DNA of 64,000 bases from assembly GCF_006345805.1 (NCBI RefSeq), contig NC_043009.1, positions 16,864,001 to 16,928,000 on the forward strand. The letters are read 5' to 3'. The stretch's first letter is position 1. The number at the start of each line of letters is the position of its first letter. A program made the position numbers and the translations under genes. Of the stretch, positions 1 to 10,780 are shown in pieces. The stretch comes from Octopus sinensis (lineage: Eukaryota). Below the pieces are notes generated by a model. That model had not been told where the DNA came from. It ran no database searches and worked only from the letters and a program-made list of their open reading frames with translations.

Positions 1-284
1 TGTAACAATGCACTGTAGAAATGACAGATTGTTATTCCTGTTAATAGAAGACTGCTGCAGATGGTGGAACATTGTGTTCAATTCTCAAGAATAAGCTCAT
101 TGGAACCCAAATTCCCTCTTTGCATGCTTTCCCATTTTGCTCTTGAGATGTTCGTAGATAGTTGAATGTGACACAGAAAATCTCTGGTATTTTGATGTGG
201 ATCCAATACAATATTACGGAGATGTACCTGCATAGCAAGTGATTTGATCTGAGATCGTGTGCTGGAACGAAAACAATTGCAGCG

Positions 285-532
285 TGGAAGGTGTTTGTAA
301 GCCATTTAAGAAACACACAAAAGCCGTTTGATTCACTTCAACATTTAAGTTTAATTTGTCAAAATATTTTCGTCCCTATAAGGCCGCGACCTGTTCACTG
401 CAGCACGGATTTTTGTCACTGAACAGGTCGCGGCCTTATAGCGACGAAAATATTTTGACAAATTAAACTTAAATGTTGAAGTGAATCGAACGGCTTTTGT
501 GTGTTTCTTAATTGGCTTACAAACATCTTCCA
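285..532. repeat. Long inverted repeat: 116-bp arms 285-400 and 417-532, 16-nt loop
   Basis: Manual alignment of the left arm to the reverse complement of the right arm gives 5 mismatches in 116 bp. Confidence 0.95.
412..462 (+). ncRNA. Minimal type I hammerhead-ribozyme-like motif with non-canonical core
   Basis: Stem I TTTGTCA(412-418)/TGACAAA(456-462), core CTGAACA+G, stem II GTCGC/GCGAC, GAAA (446-449), palindromic AATATT stem III, then UH. The inverted copy reads GTGAACA. Confidence 0.55.
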
Positions 533-887
533 ATACAATAGTTTCATTCAAAGGTTGCCATAGAGAGTGGCTTGTCTTCCAGAGCGAGGCTTGTTAGACA
601 TGTCACAATCGCCATCTTTAAACCTTTTAAACCACAGCTAATATATACGAGCTTTCGCTGTCTCCAGATACACTTCACAGTAAGTATTGGTAACTATGCT
701 GTTTCATAAAGTTCATATCCTCCATGGGCTTAATTACTGAAATACCTATGAATGGCACACTGCTGGATAGAAGAGATGATATACCTTTTGTAGACAGTTC
801 CCACCCATTCAACCTTGGCTCTGATGTGATTGGTTGATTCATATTTCATAGTGGTGAAAAAACACAATTACTTTCTGAACACCCAAG

Positions 888-901
888 TATATATATGTAC
901 G

Positions 902-967
<66 letters not shown>

Positions 968-1052
968 ATACAGGTAATATGTGTGTGTGTGTGTGTGTGA
1001 ATACATATACATGTGTAGATATGAGTGTGTGTGTATACATTTATGTATATAT
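888..1052. repeat. (TA)n/(TG)n microsatellite
   Basis: Directly visible dinucleotide runs. Confidence 0.95.
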
Positions 1053-1065
1053 ATTCTTTTATCCT

Positions 1066-1260
1066 TTTGTTTCAATCATTTGACTGTAGCCATGCTGGAG
1101 CACTCCCTTGAAGGGTTTTAGTCAAAGAAAGCAGCCCCAGAACTTTTTTTTTAAGACTTGTACTTATTCCATAGATCTCTTTTGCCAAACCACTAAGTTA
1201 CAGGAACTGGTCTCAAGCAATGATGAGAGACAACTACAGATACAAAGACACTCACACATA
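1066..1260 (-). mobile_element. SINE family A, 3' part
   Basis: Reverse complement matches the tail of the intact copy at 12615-13055 (gtgctccagcatggc...cagtcaaatga). Confidence 0.75.
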
Positions 1261-1672
1261 AATATATTCATATGGTTATGATTAATCAAATAATTTAATT
1301 TGCTATGAGAAATTAGTCAACTTTTGAATCCACAAATCCACCACTCTTGTCTATCTCCATCAGACTCGGTCTCTTTTATGCCTTTCCTCTCTCTATATAC
1401 ATTTACCACACTCTTTATCACTCTCTGTTTGTGTATGTATATCTCTTGTGCATGCTGCTCCCCACTTTCTCTCTTGATATGACGTACTTGCATTCATTTT
1501 GTTATTGTAATGTTTGCTTTCATTTTATGATGGACAGCTCTCTTGTAAAACATTCTAGCTTCCAAATCCTGTTTTTTCGGTTGGGTAAAAATGATCAAAC
1601 TTTAAACCTTTGTATTGTTTATGAATTTGTTTTGCAAGATTCCTGAGGTGAAATTGTGTTGTGAAATAGACG

Positions 1673-2002
1673 TTGCTATATTTTGGGACGGTCATTTTTT
1701 TTTTCCTACCAAATAAACACCTGCACTATATATTCACACTTCACTCATTTATTATTGTTAATTTATCTTATGTCCATTGTCTGGAAATCTTTATGTCTAG
1801 AAAGACAGAATGGATTAAACAGAACGGGAGGACACACATAGGATGGAAGAGTCACTGAAGAGGTCACAGGTGTGTGATAAAAGATTTCTAGACAATGCAC
1901 GTAAGATAAAATAAGAACAATAATAAATGAATGAAGAACAAATATATAGTGTATTTGTTTATTTAGCAAGAAAAATAATCGACCATTCCCGAAATATAAC
2001 AA
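1673..2002. repeat. Diverged inverted repeat, arms about 128 bp (1673-1800 / 1875-2002)
   Basis: The opposite-strand ORFs 1673+ and 2002- translate to nearly the same peptide (MLYFG...LHSFIIV...LSYVHCLEIF), and the nucleotide arms are visibly complementary. Confidence 0.8.
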
Positions 2003-2092
2003 AACTTGTTTTTCCTAAGATTTTTCTGAAATACATCACTGAATTGGATTTAGCATATATATATGTGTATACCTATATATATATAGGCACAT

Positions 2093-2137
<45 letters not shown>

Positions 2138-2654
2138 CAGAGAGACAGACAGACGCATCACTTATCATTATCTCTTCAGATTTTCTGTAGCAATTAAAGC
2201 CTGCACTAATTTTGTTTATGATGTTTCAAATCTGAGACACTTAATGGACACAACAACGAGATTGAAGAGGAAATATGGGAAATGGGCATATATGACATAT
2301 TTCAGGATCTTTTGCTCCTTCGTGAGTGCCACATTTAACCCATTAATCATCCATGAACTCATTGCTTAAACAGCAACTAAATATAGAGGTGTAACATCAT
2401 TGGAAACTGTTGCTCTGTGGTGGGGGTTCAAACTTCTTACCACACAACCATCCCTTTGTATGTATGTGTGTATGTATTTTTTTTAGTCATTCAAGGAATG
2501 CCATAAATATATATTTCTACACTATCTCCACTAGTTTTACTGAATTTTTGGAATTCTATGTTAGAGGTATTACAAGATTATGACAATAAATCAAGAAAAC
2601 ATTCATATTTCAAGTGTTTACATTTTGATGTTTTTCTTTTTCTTTCTTTCACAG

Positions 2655-2855
2655 ATTTCCACATTTGTTCTCTTCTGGTTCCAAATTTTCAGTGGTTATT
2701 CTGGCTCCATGCAACTTGGTGATATATTTCTAATGCTAGAACATGTCTTGTTTACATCACTTCCACCACTTCTTAATGGAATTCTTGACAAGGATCTGTC
2801 TGCTGAAACTCTGTCTGAAAATCCTGATCTTTACAAACAGGGGCCAAGTGGGGAA
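2655..2855 (+). CDS. ATP10: ATP10-class P4-ATPase (phospholipid flippase) internal exon, phase 0/0
   Basis: tttcacag|ATT...GAA|gtaag, 201 nt. ISTFVLFWFQIFSGYSGS...FTSLPPLLNGILDKDLSAETLSENPDLYKQG matches the P4-ATPase TM5-TM6 segment (LFWYQFFCGFSG...FTSAPP...EKDVSAETL...PELY). Confidence 0.92.
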
Positions 2856-2909
2856 GTAAGCAAGAACAAGTTTGCTTTCTATATTTCCGGTGCTGAAGAT
2901 GTAACAAAT

Positions 2910-3325
2910 CTGAAAGTGTCTGTTGTTGTTGTGTATGAACTGACAATGTCTGTTGTGACAGTGTGTCTTTCGCAACAGAATCTGTGGGACAGTGTCTGGT
3001 GTAACAGCATCTGTTGTGAGAGTGTTTTTTTTATGACAGTGTCTGTTGTGTCATTTGTGACAGTATTCATGAGACAGTATTTGTTGTGACTGTGTGTGCT
3101 ACGATAGCATCTGTCATGTCATTTGTAACAGTGTTTGTGTGACAGTGCTTGTTGTGTCAGTATCTCTGAGATGGTATCTGTTGTGACAGTGCCTGTGTGA
3201 TAGAATCTGTGTGGCAGCATTTGTTGTGACAATATCTGTTTTGATAGTATATGTTACAACAGTGTCTGTTACAGTATCTGTGTGACAGTATGTAGTCTGC
3301 AAAGTGTCTGTTTTGTCAGTATCAT
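2910..3325. repeat. Degenerate minisatellite, unit about 14-15 bp (gtgacagtrtctgtt)
   Basis: Repeated gtgacagt/tctgttgtg motifs. Confidence 0.85.
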
Positions 3326-3472
3326 TATAACAATTGTCTACTAATACAGCATCACTAGTACAACCAATATTACTTTGATTAAAGTAATTGTGTTACATAC
3401 TATTTGATTTTCTCCTGACTACCATTAAAAGTGATGTATACAAAAATATGTTAATATATATATATATATATA

Positions 3473-3620
3473 GGTTGAAATGTTTGACAGGATCTGATGG
3501 GTTTAAGGATTGTCTAATTTGGTGTAGGTTCTATGGCTGGATATCCTTCCTAATACCAACCGCTTTATTGTGTGTACTGGGTGCTTTTTCTGTGCCACCA
3601 GCACAAGTGAGGTCACCATA
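3473..3620 (-). mobile_element. RTE 3'-tail fragment
   Basis: ttctatggctggat..ccttcctaataccaacc motif shared with the RTE tails at 23087-23269 and 24235-24415. Confidence 0.7.
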
Positions 3621-3725
3621 CAAGACTATGAACCTCAAGAGAGGTGTCTTTATGTTGTGAGATAAGGCATTGGAGTATGAGAAAAGGGTCACAGCAGAAG
3701 AATTTTGTTGCTGTCGAAGATCTAC

Positions 3726-4566
3726 ATGGTTACTCATGTTTTAGAAACGAAGGTTGGTATGATTGAGGTGGAGCTGGGAAGAGCTAGAAATAGTGGTGAT
3801 GAGGTGTCTGGGTGAGTAGAGTTGAGTGGGGACAGAAGAATCAGGAGGGTGGGTGTGTATTGGAGAGTGAGAGATGAGCAATGGGTGATGGAGTAAATAT
3901 AATTGATGAACGAGTGTTGAGGGGTGAAAATAGTGAATGGTAGATAAGAAACAGGGGTGACCAATGATACACAGGGGTGAAGAACAGCAGAGTAGTAATG
4001 AAGTTATAGTAGACAGGGAAGGGTGAAATACTGATTTAAGCGCCCCCTGTAATCTCCAATAACATTTTTAGGTTTTTTGAAATTTCAGAAAATTTTTGTG
4101 AATTTGTGTTCTGCATATGAGAATTCATACAATTATGCAAAAAAACTTTATTGAGTGTGTAATTTAAGGGCGATTTTTTAGCTATTGTTTTTAGCACATC
4201 TCATGACCACCTGATACCTTCCTCGGTTCTTTGTCACTCTGACATGTATTGATGTTTTCCAGTATTTTTCTCTCCATAGACACACTTTATGGATTGATGA
4301 TGCACTGAAGGGTGGTCTAAACCATTTGAATTGTCCATATTTTAAACTCTGATTTTAAAAAGAAATTTGAAAACGAGTGGAACTTTAGGATTTGGTGGGG
4401 GCGGAGTGTTAAAAATTTTTATAAAAATTAATTTTTTCATTATCATATAAATTCCAAATGTGTAGAACACAAATTAGCAAAATTTTTCTGGAAATTCCAA
4501 ACAATAGAAAAGTTTTGAAGGGTTTTATGGGTGCTTAAACCAGAATTCCACTCAGGGAAGGATGAC

Positions 4567-4597
<31 letters not shown>

Positions 4598-4830
4598 TGA
4601 TGTGAGGATGGGTCGGTTACCATAGTGTGGGTGGAAGAGAGACAGGTATAGTGCATGTGGAAGGTGGGAAATGTATGGAGGTAGAGGAAGGGAAATAATT
4701 TGGTGGCTCAGGCAAGACGATTAGCGTAAAATATGGATGGAGAGGACAGTGTAACGATGAAGGATGAATATGTAGTGAAATGGTTCTGGGCAGTTAATGG
4801 TATCAAGGAAAACCGCAGTTGATAGGTGTT
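3726..4830 (-). mobile_element. Old CR1/L2-like LINE fragment, split by the MITE at 4022-4552
   Basis: Purine-rich plus strand typical of antisense L2/CR1 ORF2 debris. No clean ORF; family assignment tentative. Confidence 0.35.
4022..4552. mobile_element. Non-autonomous TIR element (MITE) with 8-bp TSD
   Basis: 24-bp imperfect TIRs (ggtgaaatactgatttaagcgccc / gggtgcttaaaccagaattccact). Direct repeat CAGGGAAG at 4014-4021 and 4553-4560. Confidence 0.8.
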
Positions 4831-5750
4831 TGCGGTGAGGGTGAAGGGCCCATTTTTGGATATCATTCTATACCTCTGTGTTTAGACATGTCAGTCGTAC
4901 TGTTTAAATAAGTATACATACATCATCATTAGTTAATCAAATTATAATTTGTAAAAACTTTTGATGTAAGCAATCACATCAAAATGAGAATCATGCTGTA
5001 CATCATGATGTACTTTTAAGTATCTCAGATTTTGTTCCATTTCTGTGACCTGCTCGCTGACACAATTCCACTAAGTCTATTGAAAACCAGTTAGTGAGCA
5101 GATTTTGAAACCTCACAAATTTTCTGTTTTTTCTTTTATTATTTTGATTCAAAAGCTTCAGTCAGAGTCACTATTACCTGTTGCCTATCAAAAATAACAG
5201 CTTCAAAACAACTTTACTTTAAATAAGAAAATCAAATATCATATCAGCTCTACACATTTTATGACAGGTTACTGAATAGTCTGTATATAACATTGCAAAC
5301 CTAATCTTAATGATTAGTCCAAACAGACATGCATTGACTGAGTTTTAAAGAGTCAGGTAGACTGCCTTGCAGTATTTGTTCTGATGCTCTGCATTATAAG
5401 TTCAATTCCCACCAAGGTCACTTTTGCCATTCAACCTTTAAGGATCAATAAAAATGTTCCAACCCAGGAAAGTGGACTGGCAGAACTGTGAAAATGTGTG
5501 ACAGATGCCTTGTGGTATTTGTTCCAGCTTTTTGTCTTCCATGTTTAATTTCTGCCATGTTGCTATACACTTAAATTTTACCCCAAATCCTGATAAGGAC
5601 CTGACTGCTGTTAGAACTTCCAACTGCAACTTGTACATAGACATAACACATGTACAAAACGCCCAGACACAAATATATGCACACACACAGATATCAAAAG
5701 CAAAATCCCAATTTGAATGACAATCGGTAATTAAAGTCACTCTTTTTCAG

Positions 5751-5831
5751 CTCTACACAAAATGGTCATTTTTTGGCATCCTGCTTGACGCCCTTTTCCA
5801 GAGTATTGCATTATATTTCATTCCACATTTG
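5751..5831 (+). CDS. ATP10: ATP10-class P4-ATPase exon
   Basis: tctttttcag|CTC...TTG|gtaag, 81 nt. LYTKWSFFGILLDALFQSIALYFIPHL matches Y....FW..LLDA.YQS....F.P. Confidence 0.9.
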
Positions 5832-6079
5832 GTAAGTTAGATCACCATTTTATTCCTCTCTACAATGCTTAAGAGATTAGGATCATAAATTAGTAAAAAG
5901 GGAGTACGTTTAACTAAAATACCTCACAGAAATTAATCATGACCCCCTGAATTCTGTCCTCAAATTTAATCAATGATGGCCTCTCATCTCTACAGTATCA
6001 GTAAATTGAGTTATAGTTGTGTGCTTGAGCCAATATCCTTGACAATACTCATCACTTTAATGCTTATCATCATCATCAT

Positions 6080-6300
6080 CCTAATCCTCATCATCACCAT
6101 CATTTAGCATCTGTTTTCCATGCTGGCTTGGCTCAAGATTTCTCAGGAGCTGGCCAGCTGGAGAGCTGTTTAGGCTTCAATTGTCTCTTTTGACAAGGTT
6201 TCTATGGCTGGATGCCCTTCCTAATACCAACCACTTTATGTGCTGGGTGCCTTTCACATGCTAGTGGCACAAGTGCATTTCGTGTGGCATTGGCATGAGT
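6080..6300 (-). mobile_element. RTE 3'-tail fragment ending in (cat)n
   Basis: catcatcatttagcatctgttttccatgctggc...ttctatggctggatgcccttcctaataccaacc. Confidence 0.75.
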
Positions 6301-7019
6301 GCATTAGTCAACATTAGTCAACATTAATAAATCTATTCTGAATAAAGTAACTAATGCAATGTAAAAACGAGCTTGCTCGTTTCTTCACTAATTTATGTCT
6401 GAAGTCCTAAAGTAGATGCTTGCATACTTTCACACTGCCACACACCACATTAATTTAGATAGAGGTGGGTAGTAATGCTATTTGTACCAAGTAGCTCATT
6501 ATTTCAAGAATAGTAGACAGATAGCTTATCCCCAGTAGAGCCTAACTCTAACTATTAAATATATTTCCTCTCGTTATTGTACACCAACACATCTCAATGA
6601 ACTCTGCTAATTCTTTGTTATACCAACAACTCCTAGTTTTTTTTTTATTTTGTAGTTCTGCACATTGAGTTCCACTATCATTTGTATGCAGTTGAGTAAA
6701 AATAATATCTACCTTCAGATAGAGTGACTGAAATTATCAGAATATTGTGCCTAAGGGCAGGACACAATGTCTGTTAAGAGTATTTCACAAATACTTTTAT
6801 TGCTCCAGCTATTCTCCTCAGGGCAAATTTTACCTCAATTAGCCATGCGCTAAACTGTTGGAGTGGTAGAGAGCAACATCCTGATATAAAACCTCATACC
6901 TTTAGGTAGAGAGGATATATCTCACACTCTACTTTCATTTTCACCCCAGCCTGGGATTGACTACAAAAACATGCATGCACACACACACACAGACAGAGAG
7001 AGAGGGGGGGGGACAAGGT

Positions 7020-7215
7020 AAACAATTTTGAGGGAAATAGCTCAGTTGATTATATGAACTGCAGTATTTTGCTGGTTCTTTATTTTACTGACCCCTTAAA
7101 AATGACTGCAAAGTTGATTTCTGCAGGATTTGAACTCAGAATATAAAGAGCCAGAACAAACACCATAAAGCACTTTGTCTATTGCTTTAGTGATTCAACC
7201 AATTCCCATTCTCTA
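7020..7215 (-). mobile_element. SINE family B, degenerate
   Basis: atttgaactcagaat and gcaaagttga motifs shared with the copy at 19152-19372. Confidence 0.6.
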
Positions 7216-7574
7216 ACGTGGACTAATAATCTACAATAATACAGAATATTTCAAGGAAGACTATATTAATTCAAACGCTTCTTCAGGTAAACTTTTACTT
7301 ATAATTCTCTCTAAATTAACTCCTGTTTAAGAACTACTGGCCAATAGCCAAGCTTATGGCTGTACTTCTTAGGGTAAGCTCCAAACAATCTAACATAGTT
7401 ATGGTTCTCTGTTAAATCCTGTGTCACTTTATTTATATTACAGATACCACTTAGGAAACTACAGGTGTTAGAACTTGCTGTATTTAGGATCTCAAACTTT
7501 GAGTTCTACTGTCTATATTTTAAAGTCATTACAAACACCATATCTTATTCTTGTTTATTTGTTTTGTTTTTAAG

Positions 7575-7679
7575 GCTTACCTTGACAGCAATACAGGAAT
7601 TTGGGAGTTTGGTACAACGATGATGGTCATCCTCATTTTAATCATCTATCTACATCTTGGCATTGAGACATATTCATGG
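7575..7679 (+). CDS. ATP10: ATP10-class P4-ATPase exon
   Basis: ttttaag|GCT...TGG|gtaag, 105 nt. AYLDSNTGIWEFGTTMMVILILIIYLHLGIETYSW (TM8 region). Confidence 0.9.
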
Positions 7680-8699
7680 GTAAGTTTCATTGATTTTACT
7701 CTTCACCATAGAATATATTCAATATTTGTTTACCTTATAAACCATTGTCGATAAGCTTCACAAGATCTGATTTCTTTATCATAGTTGACTGCATATCTAT
7801 GACTTTTCTAAAACAACATCCTAAAGTCTTAGCGTCTTAAGGGCAAGAAAATATTTCACTTCCAAAACACTATATCTCTATATACTTCTTCTTTATAGAC
7901 GTCAGCATCTAAAACTTCAAACAGGATCCTAACCAGATCGATGTAAATAGTGCAGGGGAACAGCCCTCCACACTTTCCTAGATTATTTTACTCTTTTATT
8001 ATATTAAAAGAAATCACTAAAGAATTATAATTAATTTATTTGGGGGACAAACACACACACACACACATATACATGCAGTAGGAGTCTACACAGTGGGACT
8101 GGACCTGTAGCTATGTAGCTGCAAAGTGGAGCACACTATCATATCTGTATCAATAATGATGATGGTCGCTTCCATCTGTTTCAACATATGAGTGTTTGAA
8201 GGAGAGGATTTAAGGTTAAAAAAAAAAGGTGGGAAAAAGTAAAAAATATCTTTTGAAAAGAATAGAAACAAAGAGGTTGCATCTATTTGTGATGGATGCG
8301 TGAATGTAATTTGTGTCCAGGGATGGATTTTGCTATGAAGTCACAATGGAGACACTGATGATTTTGATTTTGCCTAGGATTGGGCAGATGTGTCTATTGA
8401 TTGCAGGATATTATTCTGTTATTGTTCTTTTCTTCAATTCAAATTGTTTTGATGCATCATCACACATTCTGCACCATGCAGATTGATCTAGGCAATGACC
8501 TTCCCAAGAGGTCATGTGAAGCTGTAGAGGTTTTAGTGATTGCTTCAAATTACACGTAAGGACAGGTCTTCTGTTATCATGACATCCCTCCATTGGCCTT
8601 ACAAAAGAATTTTTAGAATGTGGTCATTTTGCATTCAAATAACAGCAATATTACCTATAATTATAATAAAACAGGGAAAATATTGATAGTATACAAAGC

Positions 8700-9340
8700 A
8701 TTCCATCCCAAGAGTGACACTGATAGATTGTACTACTTGTCCAGAAGAAAGGGTGGGAAAGGTTTGATCAGTTGCTGAGATTGTGTAGAAGCAGTGGAAA
8801 ACAGAATAGGGTGTTTATGTAAAAGATGCCGTGGAATCATTGTTGAAATATGTGAAGAAGTCCAGCAATATCAAAATTGATAATTGTGTAAAGAAAGACA
8901 AACTTAAAGAGGAAAATAACATGTAAAAAGAAATAGCATGGAAAGAAAAAAATATGTACAGTCAGTTTGCAAGAGGTACGGATACCAAGACAGATGCAGG
9001 AGACCAGTGGTTATGGATGCAGAGGAGTGATTTGAAAATGGAAACAGAAGCACTTATATGCACACCACAAGAACAGGCATTAAGGACTAACTATGTGAAC
9101 AGCAGAATTGACGACACCACTGAGAGTGACAAATGCAGAATGTGTAGTGAGAGGGGTGAAATGGTATGGCACATTGTTAGTGAATGCCCAAAATTGGTAC
9201 AACACAAATACAAAAGAGAACATGACGTGGCAAAAATAATCCAAGGCCTTCAAAGACATGGCATGACCAAAACCCAGGAAGTACTGAGAATAAAGACTGC
9301 AAAATCCTGATGCAATGATTCTGTGTGACCATCAGATCAG
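8700..9340 (+). mobile_element. R4/Dong-like (restriction-like endonuclease class) non-LTR retrotransposon fragment
   Basis: ORF 8954-9310 contains ETEALI..QEQALRTNY..SRID...DKCRMCSERGEMVWHIVSECPKL..YKREHD, the CCHC zinc-knuckle region that precedes the RLE domain. Confidence 0.75.
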
Positions 9341-9804
9341 AAATTTAAAGTATTGCTTTGTTACAATGGTAGAACATCTGTCATGTGTACAAGATATGTG
9401 GCTTCATGTCTCATGAGCAGCATTTGACCCTTTTTTTTTCTATCTAAAAGGGTTTTTTCAATCCAATATTTGCAAGATATCATTTCATATTCTCTTGAAA
9501 GTTTATAAATTCTTCTGGCATCAGCAAAATTAATAAAAAAGCTCCAAGTGCTAGATATCTATAATCAACCATTTTCAGAAACCTCTGAAACCAGAGTACC
9601 ACACAATTACAAAGACATTATTGATAAATTCATCAGCATGATTGGCAAACCCAGGAGATTAATCCCCTTCTCTGTTTATCTGATTTCGAACATCTTGTAT
9701 ATTTGATTGCAATCATTGCTTTATAACTAATTGATCCTAGCATCTTGATTAATATCTATTGGGAATCACTGAGTGATTTTTTTTTTTGTTTTCTTTTTTT
9801 CCAG

Positions 9805-9992
9805 ACATGGATCCAATGGTTTCTAATGGTGATAAACTTTCTCTTCTTTTGGTGCTGTATGATTGTGGTGCATGCTTTCTGTTTAGATTGCGAACACCCT
9901 GGTAATCCTTATTGGGTCATGGAAAACACGTTGGCCAAACCAACTCATGTCTTAATTGTTGTGATTACCTCAGTTATTGCTTTAATTCCCAG
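9805..9992 (+). CDS. ATP10: ATP10-class P4-ATPase exon, phase 0/2
   Basis: ttttccag|ACA...AG|gtaag. TWIQW...CLDCEHPGNPYWVMENTLAKPTHVLIVVITSVIALIPR matches ATP10 TWIH...CNPPSNPYWIM...ALLPR. Confidence 0.92.
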
Positions 9993-10169
9993 GTAAGCAG
10001 TAATGATTCTGCATCACTCTCCTAATTTTGTTGATTTTCCAAAGTTTTTATTTCCCATTCCTCCTCAGATGGAGGGGATACCAGTAATCTTTTCTATTAT
10101 TTATATAAACTTAATTTGTTTACTCTGAGACTTGTTTTTCCAGGATTACATGGGATAGATGAATATTAA

Positions 10170-10390
10170 CCCTTTAGTGTTCAGATTACTCTGTTAAATG
10201 TAAAACTTTTTTCACTCAAATTATTTTAAATTAATCACGCATTATCTTACAGCTTTGAGGTTTCAATGATGCAATTGTTTACTTTTAGAATGACATTGTA
10301 GGTTAGGTGTGAGAGGCTAGATATGGCTAGTTCAAATATAAAACAAGTAGACTATCTGGGCCAGATGTGGCCGGTTTAAACACTAAAGGG
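10170..10390. mobile_element. piggyBac-type MITE
   Basis: Perfect 12-bp TIR CCCTTTAGTGTT/AACACTAAAGGG, with TTAA on both sides (10166-10169, 10391-10394). Confidence 0.88.
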
Positions 10391-10599
10391 TTAATGTGAT
10401 TTAGTTTTCACCTATTTGCTTTCCCTGTCACTAACCTTTAACTGTTTTTCAAATAAGTGATCTCTAATTCCACACACCTTCAAAGGTGCAAAGCCAACAG
10501 ATCATCTGTTGATAACAGTTCAAATGACAATGTCGTTGCATGTAGTTTAATGATTTTCACAAAAGCACAAATATAAGTATACCCACGTGCATGTAAACA

Positions 10600-10780
10600 G
10601 ATATTTATTTACGACGGGCTTCTCTCATTTTCTGTTTACGGTATCACAAGGCTTCATTCAGTTTGGGTCCATATAGGAAACACTTGCTCGAGGTACCTTG
10701 CTATGGGACTGAATCTAAAGTCATTTGCTTGTGAAGTAAACTTTTGATCCATACAGTCATGTCTGCACCTAGCCTTGTGT
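10600..10780 (-). mobile_element. SINE family A head, degenerate
   Basis: acacttgctcgaggtaccttgc..gggactgaatc is the reverse complement of the head at 12615. Confidence 0.65.

Larger units (their letters stand above)
40..887 (-). mobile_element. Degenerate mariner transposon 5' part, interrupted by an insertion at 214-528
   Basis: TIR-like end at about 865-887 abutting (TA)n. Minus-strand translation gives WFKRFKDGDCDMSNKPRSGR (about 575-635) and, past the insertion, LDPHQNTR and GKACKEGIWVP (mariner WVPHEL motif). Confidence 0.8.

Noticed and set aside
839-1083. YI/HT/CV-rich ORFs (also 1927-2369, 12648-12869, 31781-32121)
   Set aside because: Translations of dinucleotide microsatellites.
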